Assembly: GCA_038496445.1 (NCBI GenBank)
Contig: JALMLS010000420.1
Coordinates: 248,001 to 312,000 of the forward strand
From: Trichosphaerium sp. ATCC 40318
Taxonomy: Eukaryota > Protista > Tubulinea
Direction: 5' to 3'
DNA length: 64,000 bases
The position numbers and the translations under genes were made by a program. Position 1 is the first letter of the stretch; each line of letters begins with the position of its first letter. The notes under the pieces were generated by a model. That model saw nothing but the letters and a program-made list of their open reading frames with translations, made no database searches and was not told the origin of the DNA. This document shows positions 48,313 through 59,399 of the stretch, in pieces.

Positions 48313-51300
48313 ATGTTACAACGTTCGTTCGTCAGAAAGCAAGTTTTACGACAACATAAACTTGTGACCTCCAAAGCTTATAAAAGGACTTTGTGTGTAA
48401 CGCCACGGCGACAAAATAGCGTAAGAAACATTTAAAAACCGTTTATAACTTACAGTTTTGTAGGTGGCTGTTAGAGGCATCAAAATTACACAATTGAGGT
48501 AAATAAATGCCAGTATTGCTAGTATTAACGAATACTAGGAGCTTTGGTTTACGCCGGCGCAATATAAACCCAATATTGTATAGAACATACTGCAGTGTGC
48601 CTACAGACACGATAAAAGAAGATTCAGAACAGAGTACGTACTCTAACAGCATACAAAGCGCTAATAAGACAGAGCCAACAGAATCAGCAGAAACAGACGC
48701 TGAACAAACAGCTTCAGCTGTAAAAAAACCCTTAGACGCTCTCCTTGAAGATAAAAAGTATGAAGAGGCATTGAGACTATTAAAATCCGCTACACAAGAC
48801 CCTAAACATCTCCACGTACTCAGTTACGCTATAATTGCAAAGGTAACAACAAAGTTCTGGAAGTGTCAAACTCAGCTTTTTTTCCGCTTTTTTGGTTTTT
48901 TTCGTTTTTACAAAAAGTAGGGTGCTTTGAGCCACAAAGATGCGGATATTGCAAAAAAATACTATGATGAGATGCTAGACATTATTCCTGGCAAGTTGAC
49001 ATAACCAAAGAGCTATTTATGTTACTTACAGCTCATAATTTTTGTGACAATAATTTCTATTTTTGTTGTTTTGTTAATTATTGTTTCGAACGTTTGTACT
49101 GATATTAAAACCTTAGATATCAAAGATGAAGATGATAGATTAGAAGCTATTTCTAAGTGTGTAAAGATGGTTGACCTTGCAGGTTCAAAAGCAGGGAAGG
49201 CCTTTGCCACGTGCGTGATTATTACCTTCTTGGTTTTTTGCACTTTTTGTTACTTATCCGTCTCTCCTAGGACTGTTGATATTCCAGTGTATGAAAAAGT
49301 ACAGTACATTAATGATTAAATACCCTAGATTGTATAATAATAACTGAGCATAGTTACTAGACATCCTAAAGAAGACCGAATCCAAATCAACACAAGATAT
49401 GATACAATTTTATATTCGATTCTTATGGACGTACGGTGGTCCAAAAATAGCTGGTATTGAAAAAACAGACGGTACGTAATACATTCTAGTAATATACATT
49501 TCAGATATTCGAAAGCGATTGTTAATATTTACATAAATTAGAGCTCATTGAAAAGACTGAAGATATTTTCAAAGAAAATATGGAAGAACTTACTAAAAAA
49601 AGATTCGATCTTTTGAAGTTCCATTTCTTGAATGAGAAGTTACTTCAGGATAAAACAAAGTCAGAAGAAGCTATGGAGAACTGGAATAAGCTTTTTATGA
49701 ATATACCTCCATCTTATACTGCTCTTGAAAAGACAAGGTTATTACATAGAGGAGCAAAGCATTGGCAAGAAGTTGGTGATAATGATGTGGCATTAGAGCT
49801 TTATCAGGGTGCTTATGGATGGTCTAAAAGTTGTAAGAACGATCAAATACGTATTGCACTGCAAGGTAAGTAATTTTTCGGCTACCACGTGGAAGCCTTT
49901 TTGAAGGTTTGAATTAGTAATTTTTTTGGTTTTTTTTGTTGATTGTGTTTGTTTAGTTGAGTACGGTAATGCTTTGGCTTTGACAGATATTGATAAAGCT
50001 ATAAAAATACTTATTGATGCTGATTCACAGATATTACTTATTGAAGCTCTTCGTGGTACAACATTCCATGGAACTCTTCTTCGAAGTATCGGTACATATT
50101 TTTTTTTACAAACGAATCTTTTTCATGTGAAACTGTTTAATAGTGGCTGTACTGGTTAACAACTGTTTTAGGTAATTGGTTATCTCATAAAGGAGAGTAT
50201 GTTAAATCAATAGAGTACTATCATAAAGCCACAGAGTATCTAGTAGATGTAGACGAAGCTGCACTTCGATGTGAGCTTGGCGTTGCTAAAACAAAAACTG
50301 GTGATCTTGAATCAGCTTCAGCTGATTTACAACGTTCAATACACATTTATGAGACTATAAACGGTATGAAAGAGTGCTATATCCATTACCTTCATAACCC
50401 TTTTACATTCAGGCCCAGAACATCACACTATAATAAAGCCATTGTCCGCTTTTTTGGAAGTTCTACATAGCGCTGAAAATGTTGAAGAGTCATTAAAACA
50501 ACTATTGAGGCTTCATCATATAAGCGAAAAAACCTATGGACCAATCAGCAAACAAGCATCTAGTTGCGCATTGACCATAGCCCAAGTAGTACACGACAAT
50601 GGCAAGTTGCAGTTCTCTGAATTTTGACAAGAAATACAAAACTTTGATTGTTTTTTTTTCCTTTTCTTTCCACGTTGTTGCACCACGTTAAATCGTGTCT
50701 TATCTGATATACATTTTACAGGTTCTCTTCCTGATGCAATACCATATTATGAAGCATGGGTTGCTTATCGCTTAACACAAGACCCTATTCTAGCTGAAAC
50801 AGTTGAGGTTGGTATGACCACTAAGACACTCCTACAACATTATTTGAATGAGAACAACCTTGAAAAAGCTAAAGAACACGGTGTTAATGCAGCACGTATT
50901 TTTGGACGTGTTAATGAGCAAAAACAGATGTTAGAAACATACGAAATGTTGACACAAGTATACCTTGCTTCAAATGACGTAAGCACTCTTTTCTTTGGGT
51001 TTTGAAAACTATTTTTTTTTATGCTTCGTTTCATCCTCCTCACGTGTTTCTTCTTTTTATAGCGTGATCGATTACAAAATGCCTTGAGAATGTGTTTATC
51101 ACTTAATAAACATATCAATGGTGATAGCAATATAGAGAATGCAAGGCATCTCATTAACTTGGCTTCTTTTGATGAGCTTGATGGAAAGTTTTCTGATGCA
51201 AAATTGAAGTATCTAAAGACATTGAATATATGTTCTGTTAATGGCCTTGGACAAGGTAATACACATTTCGATAAAGCCACACAATTCTTGAAAGAGATTA

Positions 51301-51341
51301 ATGAGAAGCTTGAGTCGTTAAAAGTAGAAGACAAGTCGTAA
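48313..51341 (+). CDS. TPR-repeat protein with mitochondrial presequence-like N-terminus
   Basis: R/K-rich, acid-free N-terminus MLQRSFVRKQVLRQHKL; TPR-like helices (GEYVKSIEYYHKA, GDLESASADLQRSI, GKFSDAKLKYLKTL). Confidence 0.75.
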
Positions 51342-51733
51342 ACAATAAAAAAAAACCTGAAATAAAAAAACGATTTTTAACAAGTGATACAAGTTAATGT
51401 GGACAAAGAAACTGGTTAGCAACAATAAAAATCGCAGGCACGAAACTAAACCCAGTTACTTTTGTAAAGTAGGCACTCGTTTGCTCCCTTGACACTGCAA
51501 ATACAAGCCAGCATTTTAAACACCAGTCAAAAGACCTTGGCTGTACGTTTTGATATCACTTCTATGAACTATACAGTAAGGATTTACTTCATCTACACAA
51601 ACAACAATCATTTCAACATCAACATCTTTAAAGATATAAGCATGTGTTGAAGTTTTTTTTATGTCAACAAAACTGAAGATTACAAAATCAAAAAGTTTTT
51701 ATTAATAGTAGATACAAAAAAACAGTTGGCGAC

Positions 51734-54700
51734 TTAGAACAACCCTCCTTCTTTTTTAACGCGGAGCTGTTTCCATTTTGGCATTTTATAGAACTCGGCC
51801 TTTGTAACGAATAGGACCTATTTGTAACAATACATTTAGAAGAAGGCAATGAGTGAAACAAAAAAAATCAATTTTAATTGATACCTCAGCGAACTGTTCA
51901 TCAGTTAAATAAGCCTCTAATTTAGAACCATCAACACCATCTGGTGGTGGAACACGAGCATCTTTCTTTCCTCTACGAAGCAAAGAATAATCATAGAACT
52001 ATAAAGCATTAACATCCATACTCAAAAACTTTTTCTTTTTTTTTTGGACAGTTTCTTACCTTCTCTGGACGCCATATTCCATCGTCTTTTACTGGTGCTG
52101 GCGTACTCTAAATTTTATTTGTTAGAATAAAATCATCCACGTTTTTGAAGCGTACATCTTCCTTGACAAGGCTGGAAACATCCTGAACAATACCATTTTC
52201 TGATGCTCTGAGATGACTTGCTTCTCTCCTTGCTTTTGATCTTTGCAAACGCATTCTATCGTCTTCATCTTGTTCCTCTTTAATGAGCTCATCTATGTTG
52301 GATATACCAAGATTATGCTCTTTTAATTTACGGAGATATGGATCATTATCTTGCTCTGCGAGCTTGTAATCCCAACCAGAAAAGAATACACTTTTTGTGT
52401 TAAGGAAAAGAAAGAAAAAAACCAAAAAATAAAGCTGTTGTTACCAACAAGCAAAAGCATGGGTTTTGGATACGTAAATACTGGAGGTTCATTTCCAGGT
52501 TCTATAACATAGACAGGACAATCATTTGCTCTACCATCATCAGCTGCTTTTAGGTAATCTTTAACAGTCTGTTCGGTTGATGATTTTTCATTTTCAGTAG
52601 CTTGTCGGCCAACCCTACACGAAAGCAGTTAGACAACATAAAGTAGTAAGAAATTTTTTGTGATCTACAGAGACGAAGTTGTAGCAACGCTTGAGACTTT
52701 CTAACAACAAAATACAGTAGATGCAAGTTTTGGTTGTTTTGATTAGGCCTTACCATATGAAAATAGAGTAATATGCGTCAAGAAGCATAACATCATCATC
52801 ATCAAGATCATCTTGAGTAAATTCGAAAATCTCAAAAACCTTGAAAACACCTGTTGCATCAGAGCACTGAAACAAGCGAGCACTAACATCTACAGAAAAA
52901 AAATCAGTCACCCAATCTTTCAAGACTGCAAGCAATAAAAAACTTACCCTTTCTAGCTAAAAAGTCGTCACTGGAGTAAGGTGTTTTACCACCAAGCGCT
53001 TTCCAAAATCCTTCAGGCTCATTTTCTTCAGTGATTTCTTCAACAGTTTGATTGTTCTAAACAACAAACAATGAGCGTTGTGTTGAATAGCAATCTAACT
53101 CTTTTTCTGTACCTCTTTGATACGGTTGACAATAATCTTTGCCATGTTTTGCTCAAACTCATTGGCACCCTTACCAATCCAAACATAAGCAATATCTTGT
53201 AACTCCAAAACGAATGCATCATTTGAGTTAAGTGAAGAGCATATCTTTCATGTATTAGTACGTGAAGTGTTGTAACTATTATAATACGTACAGCATCGAC
53301 TTCAATAGCTCTAGTGTTAACTGGATTTGTACCACGAAGTTGATACATAGTCTTTTCAGGACTATAAATGAAGGATAAGAATAAAATCTGTTTAAGGAAA
53401 AAGAAGCTAAACGAACCGTTTTTCGTCACGTCTGCCTCTTCTCACACAATAATATCCGTCAAAGTGATCAAGCATGTGCTCTGGCTCTTTGTTTTGTACA
53501 ACACGTACTTGTGTTGCAGACCTACCAGAAGTCTGTCCCATCTCCTAGCAAAAAATCACTACTTCAAAACAAAGGTCAAGTTGTTCGTACTTGAGCTAAA
53601 AGTGCGGCTGCTCCAGTGTCTTCTCTTGCAGCGTCTCTTCCGTGCCAATGATATATTATAGCACGTCTTCCACCTACTTTAAGACGAAGAGCATACCATA
53701 CAATGTAGCACTGTCCACTGTAGAAAATACCGTATTCTTCTTCAGGCAACGGCTTGGCTGTATTTTTTTCAATGTAAAAAACCTTGAGTTCAAAATCGGC
53801 TGCAGCTGCCTTCGAAGGCACGTATACGCCCATAGTCTCGCTGGCAATCTATTTTATAGAAAATAAGGAAATTATACACCAGTTATGGACGTGATATGTT
53901 CAGCGAATGAAAGGAAAAAAGAAAATATGTAAAAAGACTTCGCAGGTACCTGATACTTTTCTGGATGATGTAAGGCGTCAATGTTAACAACTTGTTTTTC
54001 ACTTTTAGCAATCTTATTCTTTTTGTGTGTACGTTCATTAAAAGCATCTAAAAGGAACGATATGAGCATAAAGGAGTAATATCAAATATGATGTACCCGG
54101 TGTATCAATGTACTCTGTAAATGAGCCACGGAATTTAGCTTTGAAGAGTGCTGGTTCAACACCTTCTGGCACAGTAGTTACTGGCGTCCAGTTAGGTTTA
54201 TCCTAAATACATGTTTAAGATCATAGGATATGCGTATTAAAACTAGTGTAGAAATTGTACAATAGGTACCTTGTCCTTTAAAAACTTAAGCGCATATTTT
54301 GTTGCGCCTTTTTTGTGAGGTTTTGGTGCCTTACGGCCCATCCACACGAATATCTCTGTATCACAGTCTACTAAAAAGCTATAATAACATATAAGAAACA
54401 ACCAGCTATGAATTTTACTTACCATGCATTTGATGACAAGTGTTTTCTGTGCAAATGTTTACCCTGAAATTTGTAAGAAAAAAGAGCGAAACAAATGAGA
54501 ATAGCCAAAAAAAAAAAGTTTAAATACCTCAGTATCCACCAACGTTAGTTTGATATCTTCACCGTCTGCTGATGCGATGTATAATTTATTTTCGTGTACT
54601 GCTGCTTTTTCAAATTCAAGGTCATCACCACCTTCATCAGCGCTTGCAACAGGTCCCTTTCCGCCTAAGAAACTGTTTGAGTTTTTTTTCTTTCGCAGAA

Positions 54701-55866
54701 AAGAAAGTTTCAAGCTCACCAACAGCAGTCCAAAAGTCATCTGGCTCTTTACCATCTTTAATAATTTGTACTTCAGCTTTTAGTCTGTTCATACGCTCAT
54801 CTCTCAGCCTTACTGTGAGATCTAAAGCTTTCGCCTAAATACACAATAAACAACCATAAATATTTGTCTCGTCTTTTCAAATAACTTACCTTCTCCATTC
54901 TACTTGCATTCTTACCATTCCATTGGTAAATAACTTCGTTAGCGTCAAGCAAGAAGACGTCTCCAGAATTCAAAGACTGACAACAATGAGAACAGAGAAA
55001 GAACTGATTTCATTCACAAGGTACCTTGTGGCTCACTTCAACGAGTTTTGTCCTTACGTAACGTCTTCCTTTCAAGTGGAAGAGACGAGTAGGATATTCC
55101 TAAGCTCATAAGCGAACTTCCGAGGTTCACAAATACAGAACGTACGTCAACGCGTAAGTTTTGTTGTTTCTTCAAAGAGATTGGCTCAATGTACGTGACA
55201 CCTGCCATACCCTTAAATAACGCATGGAACGCTTGAGATTCATGCTCTTGAACTTCTCGGCACCTTGTACAAGGTGTAAAGCGTTCTTCCAAATCGTTGG
55301 CTTTTTCACCGATTTGATCCTTTAGACGCACAGTCAGCAACGATTGGCTTAGTAGGATTCGATAACAGCTACAATTTAAATTCGACGTAAAACACGAACC
55401 TCCATAGTTGAGGTCTTACCAACCCACGTATAGATATCATACGACTGGTTTTGATCCTCATCATAGTGAATCTACATTTTTGTCAGTTTAAACTTCAAAC
55501 GCAAACTGGTGAACACGCTGCGCATGAAATAACGCGTCCGAACCAAAGGAAAGTAGTATTTCATGAGTTTTAAACTCGCTACTCTTCCTTTTTCGGGTAA
55601 AGCGATTAAAGCCGTTCTAGTACCTTTAACACCAAGTAGTTATCATCTAAGAGTTATTAGAACGCAAAGCAGACTTTTGGGTTGCGTACCACTTCTAAAC
55701 AAACCGTGATCGCCTTTAGGGCTAATGGCGAAGTCTTTCAGCTTATTGTCTAACCTCCAGACATGAATATCCCTTTAAACGACGTTACACGAACTAAAAG
55801 GCATATGACGGCTTTAAATACGTACTGGGCTGATACATTCTCTCCAATAGTACCTATCCAACTCAT
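51734..55866 (-). CDS. Villin (gelsolin repeats plus headpiece)
   Basis: Gelsolin motifs [58 protein letters not shown]; headpiece [10 protein letters not shown]...[17 protein letters not shown]. Confidence 0.93.
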
Positions 55867-56123
55867 AGCAAGATGAATAGACTGCTACTAAATTTATGCT
55901 TTTATCAAAAAACTACCAAATTTCTAACGTTCAGTTATTGTTTGTAATCTCGCAAATACACGTTTTATTGCATCCTCACGCACGTACTATGTATCTCCAA
56001 AGAGAAAACTCGAGAAATGTCCGTGTTTATCAATTCACAAGTCAACGACATCAGCGAACAATGCGATGAACGTAAAAGTTCGACGCTGAGCTAGTCTTAC
56101 GCATTAGCGTCTGTGTTCTCGTT

Positions 56124-56658
56124 TTAGTCTGCAAAAGTTTCTGTGATCCACTCTAAACCGTTTTTTATACCTCGTTCTTCCTTGACACTAGACTCTTGTA
56201 CATACCAAGACTGGCTTGAGGCTCCTTCTGTCAATTCCAACACATTCGTCAACTTCTCTTTCGTCACAGCTCCAGGCAAATCTTGTTTGTTGGCATAAAC
56301 TAGTATCAAAACATTCTGCATCCCTTCTCGTTTCCTGATCCATTTCAGTGCCTCCTTCGCTTCTATAAACCTATCTGAATCATGGGCATCCACCACAAAA
56401 ATAACAGCATCAGTATCAACAAAGTATTGGTCCCATTGCGCAGTCTCTTTGCGATCAACATCAAAAACTGTAAAATCAAAATTTTGTACTTTCGCTTTCT
56501 CTACGTTAAACCCAACTGTTGGTATTTCAGTAACTATTTGGCCTCGTTAAAGAGTATAAAATAGATGTCTTGCCAGCTGCATCTAGGCCAGTCATTGTTA
56601 CCGCTATGCGCCTAGCAGGCGTAAAATAAGCAGAAACCTGGCTAATTACGTTGCCCAT
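56124..56658 (-). pseudogene. Intronless ARF/ARL-like GTPase with a frameshift near 56547 and a degenerate G3 box (pseudogene, or divergent gene plus assembly indel)
   Basis: MGNVIS, GLDAAGKTSILY, then a frame change to IPTVGFNVE, FDVDRK (in place of WDVGGQ), AVIFVVD, YANKQDLPGA. Confidence 0.7.
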
Positions 56659-56901
56659 CGCGTTAATAGCCCCTGAATTTTTAGGATTGTTTACAATAGG
56701 ATAGCTGTACCAACCTGATACTTCAAGCAGTTTCTAAAGGAAGTACATTTTTGTTTGACAGCTGGCGTGACAAAATAACAATAACCGAAAAAAAGCTTCT
56801 ATACGCGTTTCTAATACATAAACTGTACGTAGACAATGTATTAAATAAATCCCCTGTTTCGTTAAGCCACTATCTCGCTTTCCATAAAATAGCATATTAT
56901 T

Positions 56902-57519
56902 ATGAGCGTGAAAGCAGCTTACCTCGCCCAGCAGATATTAAATTACATTGATGACCCAGAAACTAATAAACCGAAAACATTCGTTGAAAGGCACAAAAAC
57001 AAGCTCATTATAGGCGGTGTTGGCGTAGGTGTCGCTATTTTAGCAGCACCAATAGCAATTCTAGCAACACCAATTGTATTAGGCGCAGCAGGCGTAGCAG
57101 CAGCAGAAATGACCATTGCAGCGTCTGTTGGGATTGGTGGACTCGCTGCAGGAGTTGCAGGCTCAGTGACACTTGGTGCAGGCGCAGCAGTCGTAAAAGC
57201 TCTAGAACTACTGAACAAAGATACTCTATCAAACGAAGAACAAAAAACAATCGATTTCGTCCAAACTGTCATAGCGTTCGCCGAACGCGTTATTGAACTA
57301 CGTCTAACGAAGAAAACAATAACAGTAGATGATTTGGTATGGGAAACAAGTGAATTTGAGGAAGCTATGTCGACTGGAGATGCATACAACTTGGCGATAG
57401 AATACATTTTTTTGAGATACCAAAATTACGGTAAACTGTTTCTCTTCGCTGAGAAGAGGTATATAGAAAAACATAGCGCTGTCCATAGTGTTAATAAAGG
57501 GGATGTCGAATTGAATTAA
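56902..57519 (+). CDS. Intronless hypothetical protein with long Gly/Ala-rich hydrophobic segment
   Basis: 205-aa ATG ORF with a roughly 65-aa GA-rich hydrophobic stretch. Confidence 0.7.
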   Translation: MSVKAAYLAQQILNYIDDPETNKPKTFVERHKNKLIIGGVGVGVAILAAPIAILATPIVLGAAGVAAAEMTIAASVGIGGLAAGVAGSVTLGAGAAVVKALELLNKDTLSNEEQKTIDFVQTVIAFAERVIELRLTKKTITVDDLVWETSEFEEAMSTGDAYNLAIEYIFLRYQNYGKLFLFAEKRYIEKHSAVHSVNKGDVELN

Positions 57520-58146
57520 AAAAATAATGACAACACGTGGAGGAAGATAGAAGAACTGGATTTTTGGATAAGTTGTTCATGATTGGGTTTACTGGATAGC
57601 TAGAGTTTGGAGCTGCCTTGTAATGCTCTCACAGGACTTACTAATTTGATAAATCACGTGTTTCTGTCCTTACTGTAAATAAACATGTACATTAGTTACT
57701 GTAGGTTATTGTTATTATTAGGCTAGCTGCAAGGCGATTAACGATGCAAGTTCACTTTGGTGTGGATAGCATGTGCCAATAATTAGGGTGCTGTGCTACA
57801 TTAGTTTTAATCGCCGCTTGACAACACGTGATTTATTCGCTTTTGTTTAAGAATACCACTTGTAAGAGATATAGCGTATCCAGATAAACGTTGAGCGCCG
57901 TTTGGAAATACCCGCTTTAGATGGAAAACAAGGCTTGTGTGGTATTAAACACCAAACGAAAGGATAAACTGTCAATTAAAAACGCTATATATTCGTGTGG
58001 TGCTAAAGGGAGCGAGAAATAAAGAGCGTGGATGTACGTGACTTGTTTGTTTCACAGAACTATGACGCAATATTTATCTTGCTTCATACAACAAAATTAA
58101 AAAATCAAACACCAACAGTAACAAGTTAAACATAATAACAACAAAT

Positions 58147-58419
58147 ATGAGCGATCAAGAATACGATTCCAATGAATGCAGCGAAGAACAATCAGTATCA
58201 GACCAAGAATTAAATTCTGAAGAAGAAGTATCAGAAGAAACCAGTAATTGTGAAGAAGAAAGTGATGAATGTCAAGACGATGATGAGGACAGTGATGGCG
58301 ACTGTGACGATGATGAAGATGAAGCCAGAATAGAATTGACGTTTGCGACTATATTCATTCAAGAAGAGCGACTCCTTTTTTTTAGTCATCCAATCATAGT
58401 TTTATGCATCTATACATAG
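58147..58419 (+). CDS. Acidic low-complexity ORF, possibly the first part of a decayed gene
   Basis: ATG after an A-rich leader; D/E/S-rich 60 aa; no clean continuation found. Confidence 0.3.
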   Translation: MSDQEYDSNECSEEQSVSDQELNSEEEVSEETSNCEEESDECQDDDEDSDGDCDDDEDEARIELTFATIFIQEERLLFFSHPIIVLCIYT

Positions 58420-59399
58420 AGCCGTGACTACATTTTAGCGGTTAAGTCTTAACATCAAATTGAGATTTTTGAGAGCCAATCTTGAACGCTATTTTTTTGC
58501 TGTTCAAAAAGTACTGAGAAATAGCTCAATTTTAGGTTTTATCTATTCACTTGCTCTATTAAAAAAAGTCTCAGGTTACGTAAAAAAATGCAGGACAGCA
58601 ATAAGGATGTAAAGCGAAAGGAATAAACCAAGAAAATTTGGTTCAAATACGAATTTTGCAATGTTTGGAACATCAAATGACAGAAGGTGATTTGCGCGTT
58701 AATCATTCAAGGACATTTCTACGGACCTAGGTTGTCTTCAATTGATTAAGCTATTCAAGAATATTGAAGCTCAATCATGGTCAAGGTATCGGATATTGAT
58801 TTATTTAAAAAAAGCACTGCAAAGCAAAAAATAGCTTGCAAGTGTATGCACAAAGACAAGGTTTTCTGCGTATTTTAATTTGTCAATGTGGTCTGATTTG
58901 ATTTGTTTAGGACCTATTGGATTTCCTACACACGTGATATCTTTGATGTCGGATTCAGAACATAGATGGGTTATGGGTAGATCAAGTAAGAAGATGTCAA
59001 AAGACCAAGTTCGTTTGGTTGCTAGTGGTGCAAAAGCAAAAATCAAGGTGCCTTGCTTTGCTGTTGGCAAAGAAAAGCTTGTTTCGTTTGCCAGGTTACT
59101 TGCTCCTTTTGTATCTATTACACCACGTGATAAAAAGAAAACTTTTGGGACAGATCTAAGGACTTTCAAAGCTGAAGAACTTGTATAAAAAATCAATAAA
59201 ACCAACACTGTTAATCATGTTTTTAAGATAAGGATGGCTAAACCAATTGTATACCGAAAAACTTCGTGTTGCAATTTTTTTTTATTTTGTTTTTTGTTGT
59301 TTTTGGGTTTTTTCAATTTTTTCATTTTAGAATACATTTTTTTTGTTTGGTTTTTTTTTGTTTGGTTTATGTTTTGGGCATGATTTAGTTTTTTGTGTT

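Noticed and set aside
56943-57407. Antisense ORFs over real genes (also 12937-13407, 42863-43255, 50840-51334)
   Set aside because: Shadow frames of coding sequence on the opposite strand
58147-59188. piggyBac-like transposase suggested by the acidic N-terminus
   Set aside because: No DDD catalytic motifs or TTAA-flanked termini identified
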